This document shows positions 1 through 9,154 of a stretch of 64,000 bases of DNA, one piece after another. Both the position numbers and the translations under genes were made by a program. Positions within the stretch are counted from its first letter, which is position 1. Each line of letters opens with the position of its first letter. This DNA comes from Elusimicrobiota bacterium. GTDB taxonomy: Bacteria > Elusimicrobiota > Elusimicrobia > UBA1565 > JACRDR01. The notes under the pieces are model-generated. The model did not search any database and was not told the DNA's origin. It worked only from the letters and a program-made list of their open reading frames with translations. The DNA lies in the NCBI GenBank assembly GCA_016194745.1, contig JACQBA010000012.1, positions 9,165-73,164 on the forward strand. The letters are read 5' to 3'.

Positions 1-553
1 TCGTCGGCCCAGGCTCGAAGCTGAGGAGCGCCGCGGCGGAGACCGCGGCGAGTAGAAATCCGAAATCGGGCAAGCCCCACAGGACGAAGCCCCGCTGGAA
101 GCTGGGGTTGAGCGCGAGTAGCGCGCCGGCCGCCGCGCCCTCGGCCGGCGTGAGGAAAGCGCTGCCGAGAAGGACCGTCACGGCGGCGCACGCGGCGAGC
201 AGGATCGCCGACAATGCCGCCACGGCCGCGTCGTCCGTCCCGCATAGCCGCTCGATCGCGGCCGTGAGGGCGGATTGGAGCATGAAGCGGTCGAGGACGG
301 GCGCAGGGTGCCGCGCGTCGAAGGGAATTCCCTTTTCGTCCATGTACGCGAGGGCGTACGGCGTCACCGCCGCGGTACGGTACCCTTTGCCCTGGAGGAG
401 GTTGCGCCCGATCTCCGCGTACTGGCAGAACTCCCACGTGACGCCGCCCTCGAAGTGACGCGAGATGGAGACGAAGGACACGACGAGGCTGAGTAGCCCG
501 ATGCCTGCGGCGAGGAGAAACACGTTCGCCCGGTCGCGGCTCGGGCGGCTCAC
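1..553 (-). CDS. Integral membrane protein; C-terminal part lies outside the window (possibly a PMT/ArnT-like membrane glycosyltransferase)
   Basis: Absent from the ORF track because the stop lies left of the window. My minus-strand translation from GTG (553..551) reads VSRPSRDRANVFLLAAGIGLLSLVVSFVSISRHFEGGVTWEFCQYAEIGRNLLQGKGYRTAAVTPYALAYMDEKGIPF... and stays open to position 1. It shows hydrophobic helices and GC-rich third positions. The GTG overlaps the metG stop (GTGA). Confidence 0.45.
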   Translation of the reverse strand, partial: MSRPSRDRANVFLLAAGIGLLSLVVSFVSISRHFEGGVTWEFCQYAEIGRNLLQGKGYRTAAVTPYALAYMDEKGIPFDARHPAPVLDRFMLQSALTAAIERLCGTDDAAVAALSAILLAACAAVTVLLGSAFLTPAEGAAAGALLALNPSFQRGFVLWGLPDFGFLLAAVSAAALLSFEPGPT

Positions 554-2145
554 TTTCTCGGGAATAGGGCGGGACCCTTCTGGATCTTGTCGGAACTGCC
601 CGTGAGTACTTCCTCGGCGGAAAAATGGGCCGACATGCGGCGCACGCCGAGCATCGACTGCATTTCGGCCATCTTGCGCGGCATGAAGGGCTCGAGCCAG
701 CCCGCGATGATGCGCAGGGACCAGATGAGGTCGAACATCAGGAACTTGAACTTCTCCGGGTCCGAGTCGGCGAGCTTCCAGGGGGCCTCCACGTTCACCG
801 TGGTGTTGAGCCGGGAGATGACGGCCCAAATGCGGTTCAAGGCGTCGCAGAACGCGAGCTCCTCCATGCTTTTCGCGATGGCCGGCGTCTCGGCGGCGAC
901 CTCCTTCGAAATGAACGGCCGGTCGAGCGGCGGGCGGGTGGGGAGGACTCCGCCGAGCCGTGTGTCGACCAAGTTGGTGACGCGGCTGACCAAGTTGCCG
1001 AGATCGTTCGCCAGGTCCGCGTTGTAGCGCTTGTGGAACGCCGCGTGCGAGAAGGCTCCGTCGTTGCCGAAGGGCATCTCGCGGAACAGGAAGTAGCGCA
1101 GCGCGTCGACGCCGTACTCGCGCGTGATCTCGTCGGGGGCCACGATGTTGCCCTTCGACTTGGACATCTTCTCGCCCTCGAACGTCCACCACCCATGCGC
1201 GAACACGGTCTTGGGCAGCTCGAGCCCGAGGCCCATCAGCATCGCGGGCCAGATCACGGCGTGGAAGCGGTAGATCTCCTTGCCGACGAAGTGGACGTCG
1301 GCGGGCCAGAGCTCGCCGAACGGCGGCCGCCGGTCCGGCAGAGTTCCGTCGAGCGCCGAGAAGTTCGAGCCGTCCGGCTGCCAACCCGCCGCGGAGACGT
1401 AGTTCAAGAGCGCGTCGAACCAGACGTATACGGTATGGTCGGCGTCGAACGGGAACGGGACGCCCCAGGCGACCTGGCTCTTCTTGCGGGAGACCGAGAG
1501 GTCCCGGAGGCCGGACTCCACGAAGCGGAGGATCTCGTTCGCCCGATGCGCGGGCCTAAGGAAATCCGGATTGTCCTTGAAGTGCTTGAGCAGCCGGTCC
1601 TGGTACTTCGACAAGGCGAAGAAGTAGCTCTCCTCCTCCACGAACTGGAGGGGCTTGGAGCACTGGGGGCAACGGGGTCCCTTGTCGGGCTTTCCCTCGG
1701 CGCCCGGGGCCTTCTTCGAGGATTCCGAAAGCTCCGTGTCGGTGAAGAAGGTCTCGCAGGAGACGCAGTAGTATCCCTTGTACGTTCCTTTGTAGATGTC
1801 CTTGGAATCGAACAGACGCTGCACGGCCGCCTTGACGCGCTCCTCGTGCCGGGGCTCGGTCGTCCGGATGAAGTCGTCGTAGCGCACGTCCAGATGCGTC
1901 CACATGTCGCGGAACATCTGCGCCACTTCGTCGGCGTACTGCGGCGTCGGCATCTTGTTCTTCTTGGCGGCCTCTTCGATCTTGAGCCCGTGCTCGTCGG
2001 TCCCGGTAAGGAAGTAGGTCGCGCGGCCGCGGCCTTTGTGGAAGCGGTTCAAGATGTCCGCCGCGAGCGTCGTGTAGGCGTGGCCGATGTGCGGCTTCGC
2101 GTTGATGTAATAGATCGGCGTCGTGACGTAGAACGGCTTGCTCAT
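550..2145 (-). CDS. metG: Methionine--tRNA ligase
   Basis: ORF 550..2424. The real start is Met94 (MSKPFYVTTPIYYINAKPHIGHAYTT, a HIGH-type motif), and KMSKS is present (EKMSKSKGN). The 93 aa upstream are Arg/Pro-rich junk overlapping holB. ATGA overlap with the holB stop. Confidence 0.95.
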   Translation of the reverse strand: MSKPFYVTTPIYYINAKPHIGHAYTTLAADILNRFHKGRGRATYFLTGTDEHGLKIEEAAKKNKMPTPQYADEVAQMFRDMWTHLDVRYDDFIRTTEPRHEERVKAAVQRLFDSKDIYKGTYKGYYCVSCETFFTDTELSESSKKAPGAEGKPDKGPRCPQCSKPLQFVEEESYFFALSKYQDRLLKHFKDNPDFLRPAHRANEILRFVESGLRDLSVSRKKSQVAWGVPFPFDADHTVYVWFDALLNYVSAAGWQPDGSNFSALDGTLPDRRPPFGELWPADVHFVGKEIYRFHAVIWPAMLMGLGLELPKTVFAHGWWTFEGEKMSKSKGNIVAPDEITREYGVDALRYFLFREMPFGNDGAFSHAAFHKRYNADLANDLGNLVSRVTNLVDTRLGGVLPTRPPLDRPFISKEVAAETPAIAKSMEELAFCDALNRIWAVISRLNTTVNVEAPWKLADSDPEKFKFLMFDLIWSLRIIAGWLEPFMPRKMAEMQSMLGVRRMSAHFSAEEVLTGSSDKIQKGPALFPRK

Positions 2146-3095
2146 GGGGTCCGCGCGCAGGCCCGCTGCAGTTCGATGGCGGCCAGCTCGATCGTGAGGC
2201 GCGGGTCGACGTTCGAGCGCAAGCGCCTGCGGAGCTGGTCGATCGAGTCGACCGCCTTGCGAAGACGCGGTTCGCGCGACGCGGCTGCGGTCCCTCCGGC
2301 CAGCTCGAGGCGCAGATGCCACGCCATCCGGTGGAGATGATCGTCGACCAAGGGACGGGAGAGATGGAGCTCGCGCGGGAGCTCCTCGGCGAGGCGGAAC
2401 GGCGCCAGCGGATCGGCGGCCCACGTCGCCGGATCAGGCAGCTTGCGCTCGAAGAACGAGAGAGCTCGTCCCGGAGAGCCCTCGGACATCGCCGCGAGGA
2501 CCTTGGCCTCGGCCGCAGGCACGCCGCGGTCCTTCAATATCCCCGTGACGATCGGCTCGGACAGCGCCGCGAAGGGGAACGCGTGGCAGCGGCTCGAGAT
2601 GGTCGGCAGCAGCGCGTCGCGGCGGTCCGTGACGAGGATCCACGTCGCGCGCGGAGGCGGCTCTTCCAAGGACTTGAGCAGCGCGTTGGCCGCGGCCGCC
2701 TGCAGCGTATGGGCGTCGCAGACGACGGCGGTCTTCCAGCGGCCGGTCATGGAGCGCATTTCCATGTCCTTGATGAGATGGCGCACGGAGTCGATCTTCA
2801 GATGCTGCTGCTTCTCGACTTCCTCGCCCAGGACGCCGGCCTGGTAGGCGGAGTCGAGGCGCTTTAAGTCCATGTCGAGGCCCTTGTCCGCGCTGGCGCA
2901 GGACGCGCACTGGTCGCACGCGTCCGCGCCGCCCGCCTCGCAGTTGAGCGCCTTCGCGAACTGGATCGCCGCCGTCGCTTTGCCCACGCCGGGCGGCCCG
3001 TGGAACAGCAGAGCGGGGGGGATGCGGCGGGATTTGAGGAGGCCGCGGAGCCGATCGAGGGCGCGGTCCTGGCCTTGGAGGCGCGCGAAGCTCAC
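2142..3095 (-). CDS. holB: DNA polymerase III subunit delta-prime
   Basis: ALLFHGPPGVGKATAAIQFAKALNCE, a Cys cluster CDQCASC, LLKSLEEPP, SRC motif (ISSRCHAF). Confidence 0.85.
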   Translation of the reverse strand: MSFARLQGQDRALDRLRGLLKSRRIPPALLFHGPPGVGKATAAIQFAKALNCEAGGADACDQCASCASADKGLDMDLKRLDSAYQAGVLGEEVEKQQHLKIDSVRHLIKDMEMRSMTGRWKTAVVCDAHTLQAAAANALLKSLEEPPPRATWILVTDRRDALLPTISSRCHAFPFAALSEPIVTGILKDRGVPAAEAKVLAAMSEGSPGRALSFFERKLPDPATWAADPLAPFRLAEELPRELHLSRPLVDDHLHRMAWHLRLELAGGTAAASREPRLRKAVDSIDQLRRRLRSNVDPRLTIELAAIELQRACARTP

Positions 3096-3724
3096 CGCGC
3101 CTTCTCCCGAAGCGCCGCGTGGACGAGCTGCAGGATCTCCTTCTCCACGCGGTCGACGGGTTCGCTCGCGTCCAAAAGGACCGTCCTCGGTTCGCGCTTG
3201 GCGAGCGCGCGGTAGCCCTCGCGGACCTTGCTCCTGAACAGCACGGTCTCCCGTTCCATCCGGTCGTGCTTGCGGCGTTTGTCGCGGCGGCCGAATTCGC
3301 CTTGCGGGATGTCGAGGACCAACGTGAGGTCGGGACGCAGCCCGCCGGTCGCGAGGCGATTGAGCTGACGGATCATCGCCTCCTCGAGGCCGCGGGCGCG
3401 GCCTTGGTAGACCAAGGTCGCCAAGGTGTAGCGCTCGCAGACTACGACGGCTCCGTCCTCGAGCGAAGGGACGAGCACGTCGCGGGTGTGCTGGGCACGG
3501 GCGGCTTCGTAGAGCAGGAGCTCCGCCATCGGGTCGACCTTGTGCTTGGTGTCGAGCAGGATCTTCCGGATCGACTCGGCGAAGGAGGTGCCTCCCGGCT
3601 CGCGGGTATGGATGACCTTCAGGCCGTCCTGCCGCAGGTCGTCGACCAAGCGCTTGGCCTGGGTCGATTTTCCGGATTTATCCGGGCCTTCCAATACGAC
3701 GAAAAATCCTTCGCGTGTGCTCAC
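3092..3724 (-). CDS. tmk: Thymidylate kinase
   Basis: FVVLEGPDKSGKSTQ P-loop, TREPGGT, typical length of 210 aa. 4-nt overlap with holB. Confidence 0.93.
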   Translation of the reverse strand: MSTREGFFVVLEGPDKSGKSTQAKRLVDDLRQDGLKVIHTREPGGTSFAESIRKILLDTKHKVDPMAELLLYEAARAQHTRDVLVPSLEDGAVVVCERYTLATLVYQGRARGLEEAMIRQLNRLATGGLRPDLTLVLDIPQGEFGRRDKRRKHDRMERETVLFRSKVREGYRALAKREPRTVLLDASEPVDRVEKEILQLVHAALREKAR

Positions 3725-3746
3725 GACGCAATTCTAGCAAATCGCG

Positions 3747-5000
3747 TCAGGGAAGGCTGGACGGCCACTGGATGAGGAAGTCCGCCCAGTAGGTGCGGCT
3801 CAACAGGATGGACGTCGTCTGTAGATTGTCGCCGGTGGAGGGATCGTAATAGATGTGGGCGTGAGAGTTCGTGTTGATGTCCGCCGTGCCTTGGACGATG
3901 ACGATGCCGTGCACGAGGTCCGAGTTGCCGCCTCCGTTCGGTATCGTCAGGTTTCCTCCGATGTACAGCAGCCCTTTGATGGTCGGCGAGATGTTGTACG
4001 TCTGTCCCAGGCGGTTGTAGCCCTTGGGCGTGGTGCTGCAGTCCGTATACGGAAACGTCGCGTCGTAGGCGGTGTAGGCCGTCCAGTCGCTGCAGTATTG
4101 CTTCCACGCCTGCGGCGGGATCGTGGCGTTGTACGCCGAGAGCGCGTGCGCGTTGCCGTTGTCCCAGGACATGTTGCCCAAGATGATCACCGTGCCGTTC
4201 ATCTTGCTGCGGAAACTCGTCCAGTCGCCCTCCACGTAGAACGGTTTGCCCGAGGTGTCGTCGCAGTCGGTCGACCACGGCGTGCTCGAGGCCGGGACGT
4301 AGTACTTCATGCCGCAGGGCGCCGTCCCGCTCGCGATGGCCGAGCTCTTGTAGTAGTCGAAATCGATCGGCGGCGTCGGAGGGATGCCCGAGTAGAAGGA
4401 GTGCCACCACCAGCAGTTGGGCGTGTCGCAGTTGGGCGGCGTGGCGCTCGCGTCCTTGTCCATGCTGCTCGCGCTGAAGAAGTTCGGGTGGAGCTTATTG
4501 CCGATTGTGATCGCCTTGGGGCTGACGACCGAGCCCCATTCCACGTCGACGTTGCTGCCGCTCATCGTGACGCCGTTCTGGGCCTGGACGCCGATGTCGC
4601 CCAGCATCGCGTTGCTGTAGACGGCCCTAATGGCGCGCGTCTCCTTCTTCAGTTTGTCCTGGCCGATGCTGATGACGGTCGCCTCCTGGGTGTTGGGGCC
4701 GCTCGAGATGGAGACGCAGTAACGGCCGCCTGGGATGTCGGTGTATTGGACGTCGCACTTGAAGCCGTCGATCATGGTCCCTTTCTGGAGGTTCACCCAG
4801 GTGAGCGTAGATACGGAGATGACGAGGTAGCCCTTCTCGATGCCGGATTCGGCCTGGTGGAAGGCGGACGTACTCTGCGACTGCTTCGACGTGAACTTGG
4901 CCTCGCGTTGGGTGCTCATCACCATCACGGGGATGAGGACCGACGCGATCACCAGGACTAGAATCACGACTACCAGGATCTGCCCGCGTTCGTTTTTCAT
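3747..5000 (-). CDS. PilX-N-like minor pilin / pseudopilin-associated protein
   Basis: Internal start Met61 of ORF 3747..5180: MKNERGQILVVVILVLVIASVLIPV, a PilX_N-like ERG-x-hydrophobic helix. The remainder is Ser/Thr/Asn/Gly/Tyr/Trp-rich with Cys pairs. 1-nt overlap (TGATG) with the upstream pseudopilin gene. Confidence 0.6.
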   Translation of the reverse strand: MKNERGQILVVVILVLVIASVLIPVMVMSTQREAKFTSKQSQSTSAFHQAESGIEKGYLVISVSTLTWVNLQKGTMIDGFKCDVQYTDIPGGRYCVSISSGPNTQEATVISIGQDKLKKETRAIRAVYSNAMLGDIGVQAQNGVTMSGSNVDVEWGSVVSPKAITIGNKLHPNFFSASSMDKDASATPPNCDTPNCWWWHSFYSGIPPTPPIDFDYYKSSAIASGTAPCGMKYYVPASSTPWSTDCDDTSGKPFYVEGDWTSFRSKMNGTVIILGNMSWDNGNAHALSAYNATIPPQAWKQYCSDWTAYTAYDATFPYTDCSTTPKGYNRLGQTYNISPTIKGLLYIGGNLTIPNGGGNSDLVHGIVIVQGTADINTNSHAHIYYDPSTGDNLQTTSILLSRTYWADFLIQWPSSLP

Positions 5001-5542
5001 CAGTTCATCACCCGAATCTTCTGAATGCTGAGCTCGAGGACCTTCTTTCGGCTCAGTTGGATGTTCTTGCCCATGGTCAGCGACACGCTCACGATGGTCG
5101 GGTTGTCCGTCCTCGGGAACGAGAACGCGATGAAGACGAGGTTGCGCGTGAGAGTCGATTGGGTCGTGCCGCCCGTGCACGTGGGATAGCCGAGCGTCTG
5201 GTCCGTGCTACAGATCGACATCAGGAGGTTGGACCCGCTCTGCCAGAAGGTGATGATCTTGCTGTCGATCGTCTCGAACTGGATCTTCGAGTAGATGCCC
5301 CCGCCGCTGCCGCTGGGCGTTGAGATCACGAGGGTCGAGTCCTTGGCCTGCCGGATGAACCGGTTGACCGTGTCCAAGGCGTTGCGGGCGTCGTTTTCGA
5401 TATCGGCGCGCGCCGTCGTCATCATGAAGAAGTCGTTGAGCTTGAACAAGAGCGGCGGTCCGACGGAGGCGAGGATGCCGACGATCGCGACGGTCATCAT
5501 GACCTCCGAGAGCGTGTATCCAGTCCGCGAGCGCCGTGTCAT
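5000..5542 (-). CDS. Prepilin-type N-terminal cleavage/methylation domain protein (pseudopilin)
   Basis: MTRRSRTGYTLSEVMMTVAIVGILASV matches the class III signal (G/YTLxE plus a hydrophobic helix). 180 aa. Confidence 0.78.
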   Translation of the reverse strand: MTRRSRTGYTLSEVMMTVAIVGILASVGPPLLFKLNDFFMMTTARADIENDARNALDTVNRFIRQAKDSTLVISTPSGSGGGIYSKIQFETIDSKIITFWQSGSNLLMSICSTDQTLGYPTCTGGTTQSTLTRNLVFIAFSFPRTDNPTIVSVSLTMGKNIQLSRKKVLELSIQKIRVMN

Positions 5543-8199
5543 GGGTAGGTGATCGCCTTGTTCGTGTTCGTCGCCGCGGTCACGTTGATCCCGGAGTAGC
5601 CCTTCGTCACGACGCTGACGGTCGAGGACCCCGTCACCGTCGGAATATAGATCATGATGTTGTAGTTGGAGCCGCCGCGGACCTGGACGTCGTAGGTGCC
5701 GTCGGCCTTGGTGGAGGCGGCGTACACGACCGCTCCAAGAGCCGCCGCGGCGGTGGTGCAGGTTCCGACGGGGCTCACGCAGACGGTCGAGGGGCTCGTG
5801 GTCAAAGTGGTGGTCGACGCCAGCACGAGACCCCCGGTGGTCAAGGTGGCGCCGTTATAGGTCACCGTGCCGGTGATGTTTCCGTAGGCGCCGGCGACCG
5901 TGAAGCTGCCGGCGAACACCGTCTGCCCGTCGACGACGGTGACTCCCGTGATCTGGTACGGGTCCGAGCTCTGTCCGGTGTCAAGCGTCGGATAGACCGT
6001 GTACGTTCCCGAGGAGATGTTCTGGATATAGGCGTAGCCCGAGCTGTCCGAGGTGCCGCTGCCCGCCTCGCTGCCTCCCGCCGTGACGGCGACGACGGAG
6101 ATGTTCGGCAAGGGCGAGGTGCCGCTGGTCAAGTACGCGTAGACGACGCCGCCTAAAGTCAGGTTGAAGTCCAGGTCGGTGATGCGCCCCGTCTGCACCG
6201 TGGGATAGGCGAACGCCTGGACGTAGTTCGGATTGGCGTTGTTGACGTTGGCGATGACCGAGATCGTGCCGCTCGAGACCGCCGCGAAATAGAGGCCGTT
6301 CGTCGAGGAGGCCGTTGTCGGGACGCCGCCCGCGATCATCGAGATGGCGGGGATGATCACCTGTCCATTTACGTTGCGCACGGTCCCCTTGATGTAGCCG
6401 CCGAGGGTGAAGCTCGAGAGCATGATCCCGAAGATCGGGGAGTCGACGTTCTGATTGACGGTGACCGTGGCGGGCTGGAGGTAGTAGGTGTCGGACGCGA
6501 TGTCGATGGTCCACGCGCCCGTGCTCACGCCCGCGAGCCGGAAGGGCGCGTAGGGAAGGCTGTAGGCTCCGCTCGTGATGTACGCCGTATAGGCCACGGT
6601 CGAGCCGGAATAGGAGTCGTTGGTGCCGACGACGGCGCCGGCGCCGACGCGGCTCGTGATCGGCGGCCGGATCGCGTCGCCCGACGAACGCGGATTGTAG
6701 TTGATCCCGTACTTGGCGACGACGGAGGACGTCGCGTTCGGCGGATAGTAGAAGTCCACTTGATTGTTGTCCGAGTCGTAGGCGTGTCCGTTGTTGGCCA
6801 TCGAGGTCGCGATCGCGCTGATGGCGACGGCCGGACTCGAGATGCGGACGAACTGGTCGCCGCGCGCGAACCCGCCGCCGGCGGTCACCTGGATGCAGGT
6901 GCCCTCGCAGTACTGCGCGCCCGAGCCGGCGTTCCAGCCGACCGAATCGATCGCGCGGCCGTTGTACTCCAGGAGGACGCTCCCGCTGTGGCCGTAAGCG
7001 AGGATCGGCATGGCCGTCGGGTAGCTCCACCCCGTGGGCGAGCAGTTCGTCTGCGGGTTCGCGTAGTGAGCGTCGGCGGTAATGGTGTTTCCGTTGATCG
7101 TGAACGTCGTCGTATTCGCGTATAGGTAGTAGCCGTACGACGGCACGTAGGTGGACGTGTACACCATGTTGATGTTGAAGCAGTCCAGCGGTCCGAAGTT
7201 GCTTTGGTAGCTGAGCTCGTAGATAGGAGAGCCGCCGGACGTCGCGATATTGATGGGTGCGGTGGTCGGGTTGTAGAGCTCGACGTACTGGGCGTCGAAG
7301 CCGTTGACCTGCAGCGTGGAGGCGACGACCTGGCTGATCACAAGCTGCGTGCTGATCCACACGATTCCGCTGATCGAGCCCGAGCTGATGGGAGTGAGGT
7401 AGATGTTCCCGGCGCTGGATGTAGTGCCGGCATACGCCGATTGGATCGGCAGATAGGCGTCTTGGAAGCCCCATGAGGAAACGTGGAGCGTGTAGGACCC
7501 GTGGGCCACGCGGAAGGAGAAGCTGCCGTCGGTCGCGGAATACGTTTTGAATCCTGGATTTTCCAGAGTCTTGACGACCGCGGTCGCGAGGTTGGGCGTA
7601 CCGGTCACCTGCTGCTTTACGGTGCCGGTGAATCCGGAGTCGAGCGGGCTCACGTTCGGATTCTCGAGGAGGTTGCTCAGCGAGTATTTGCGGCGGACGC
7701 CCCCGTCGGTCCAGAGCACGTAGACCGTGATCTGCTTCAAGCCCGTGTCGGGGTAGGTGAAGGCGACTGTCGAGATTACGTTGCCGTACATCGACGCCAA
7801 CGAGACGAACACCTCACGGGTATAGGTGATGCCGCCGATCGAGATGACTTCGGGCGGATAGTTCTGGCTGTCGTAGAGGATGCCCGGGGAGATGCTGTTG
7901 TCGACGGCCGACGTGGTGGTGATGAGAAGCTGGTAGTAGGAGTTGTTCTTGAGCGTCTCGATCTTTTCTTGGGCCAAGTTGGTGGCCAGAATCCGGGTGC
8001 GCGACGTATATAGGGACATGGTGATGAGACGAAAGGAGCCGAACATGCTCACGATTCCGATCGAGATAATGGCCGTCGCGACCATCAACTCGACGAGCGT
8101 GACGCCGCGGAAATTCGGCGGAACACAGGAGAGCCCCCTTAAAAAAGCCTTAATTTTTAAGGTGGATTCAGCGCCTCGCGATGCACGGGGGGGAGTCAT
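5539..8199 (-). CDS. Giant pseudopilin (886 aa): prepilin N-terminus, carboxypeptidase-regulatory-like beta-sandwich repeats and a lamin-tail-domain-like segment
   Basis: NFRGVTLVELMVATAIISIGIV prepilin motif about 30 aa after the ATG at 8199, so the start is uncertain. Repeated GTV/GSYT..V..G segments. LVISQVVAST..DAQYVELYNPT...GSVLLEYNGRAIDSVGW resembles an LTD. Confidence 0.65.
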   Translation of the reverse strand: MTPPRASRGAESTLKIKAFLRGLSCVPPNFRGVTLVELMVATAIISIGIVSMFGSFRLITMSLYTSRTRILATNLAQEKIETLKNNSYYQLLITTTSAVDNSISPGILYDSQNYPPEVISIGGITYTREVFVSLASMYGNVISTVAFTYPDTGLKQITVYVLWTDGGVRRKYSLSNLLENPNVSPLDSGFTGTVKQQVTGTPNLATAVVKTLENPGFKTYSATDGSFSFRVAHGSYTLHVSSWGFQDAYLPIQSAYAGTTSSAGNIYLTPISSGSISGIVWISTQLVISQVVASTLQVNGFDAQYVELYNPTTAPINIATSGGSPIYELSYQSNFGPLDCFNINMVYTSTYVPSYGYYLYANTTTFTINGNTITADAHYANPQTNCSPTGWSYPTAMPILAYGHSGSVLLEYNGRAIDSVGWNAGSGAQYCEGTCIQVTAGGGFARGDQFVRISSPAVAISAIATSMANNGHAYDSDNNQVDFYYPPNATSSVVAKYGINYNPRSSGDAIRPPITSRVGAGAVVGTNDSYSGSTVAYTAYITSGAYSLPYAPFRLAGVSTGAWTIDIASDTYYLQPATVTVNQNVDSPIFGIMLSSFTLGGYIKGTVRNVNGQVIIPAISMIAGGVPTTASSTNGLYFAAVSSGTISVIANVNNANPNYVQAFAYPTVQTGRITDLDFNLTLGGVVYAYLTSGTSPLPNISVVAVTAGGSEAGSGTSDSSGYAYIQNISSGTYTVYPTLDTGQSSDPYQITGVTVVDGQTVFAGSFTVAGAYGNITGTVTYNGATLTTGGLVLASTTTLTTSPSTVCVSPVGTCTTAAAALGAVVYAASTKADGTYDVQVRGGSNYNIMIYIPTVTGSSTVSVVTKGYSGINVTAATNTNKAITYP

Positions 8200-8237
8200 T
8201 ACGTGTGCGATTTTTGATTGCGCCCTGAAGCATGAGA

Positions 8238-8266
8238 AGTATAGGGGCTTTAGAAAGTCAAATCAA
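8238..8266 (-). promoter_or_regulatory. Sigma-70-type promoter for the pseudopilin operon
   Basis: Minus strand reads TTGATT-17 nt-TATACT (plus-strand aatcaa 8261..8266 and agtata 8238..8243) in an AT-rich gap, about 35 nt upstream of the ATG at 8199. Confidence 0.4.
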
Positions 8267-8311
8267 GGTGATTTTAGTCAGGCCTTGTCCGTGACTGTCA
8301 GCACACCGTAA

Positions 8312-9154
8312 ATGATACGATGGCCGGCGATGATCCGTCGCTGGCTCGGGGTTATTAAGGAAATGGCGGGGGCGGCCGCTCCGCGGCTTCGGGTCCTGTT
8401 CGTCGGCAACAGCTTCACGGCTCGGCGCTCCTCGACGCAGCGCCCCTCCGGACGTCTTACCGGCGTGCCTGATTTGCTTGAGTCCATCGCGCGCGCGAGG
8501 CCGGAATCGGGCGGGGTCGCCTGCCGGGCCTTGGCGAGCGACGGCGCCACGCTCGAGGACCATTTGGACGGCGGCGCGCTCGCGGCTGCGCTTGCCGACG
8601 GGTGGACTCACGTCGTGCTTCAGGAGAACAGCGAGCGGGCGGCCGCGGACGAGGCCGGCATGCGGCGGGACCTCCACCGTATCGACGGCATGGTCCGCCG
8701 CGCCGGCGCGGCGACCGTGCTCATGCCGGTCTGGGCCGGCGAGGGCCGCGAGGCCGCCAGTCGTCGGGCCGGCGCGGTGTGCGCCGAGGCTGGAGCGGGC
8801 ATGACGGTCGTCGATCTTCCACGCCTCTGGTTGCGCCTGAGGGAGCGGCGTCCCGGCCTGCGGTTGTGCGCGGGCGACGGCATCCATCCTTCGGCCCTCG
8901 GGGATTACTTGGCCGCCTGCGCGCTCTATTCGCGGCTGCTCGGCAAGCCGGTCTCGGAAATGGCCGCGCCGATGGATGTGGCGACGGTCTCGGAGCTCCT
9001 GGATATTGCGCCCGCGGCCGAGGACCTCGCGCTGCTAAGAGCGGCCGCGTGGGACGCCGCGCTCGCGCAGGACGTCGGCATAAAGCGACCGATAGCGGGC
9101 GGCGACGGCGCTCCACGAGAAGCGCTCCGCTCGGCTCCGCGCCGCGGCGCTTAA
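8312..9154 (+). CDS. SGNH/GDSL-type hydrolase family protein
   Basis: VLFVGNSFT (block I) and GDGIHPSALGDYLAACALY (block V). The start is uncertain (alternatives at 8330 and 8363). The 3' tail overlaps the convergent GT4 gene by 120 nt. Confidence 0.55.
   Translation: MIRWPAMIRRWLGVIKEMAGAAAPRLRVLFVGNSFTARRSSTQRPSGRLTGVPDLLESIARARPESGGVACRALASDGATLEDHLDGGALAAALADGWTHVVLQENSERAAADEAGMRRDLHRIDGMVRRAGAATVLMPVWAGEGREAASRRAGAVCAEAGAGMTVVDLPRLWLRLRERRPGLRLCAGDGIHPSALGDYLAACALYSRLLGKPVSEMAAPMDVATVSELLDIAPAAEDLALLRAAAWDAALAQDVGIKRPIAGGDGAPREALRSAPRRGA

Noticed and set aside
625-2340. 571-aa plus-strand ORF antisense to metG.
   Set aside because: Arg/Gly/Ala/Val-rich low-complexity translation lying exactly opposite a confidently identified metG. 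This is a typical shadow ORF in high-GC DNA.
2146-2424. N-terminal extensions on longest ORFs (for example the 93 aa before metG Met94). Similar extensions occur on ORFs 9035..10540, 18703..20709, 38492..41290, 55331..56905, 56431..58017, 57360..58871, 58331..59434, 58954..60066 and 60334..63231.
   Set aside because: The extensions are Arg/Pro-rich and overlap the upstream gene's real coding frame. Family-typical N-termini begin at internal Met/Val residues that create ATGA/GTGA overlaps with the upstream stop.
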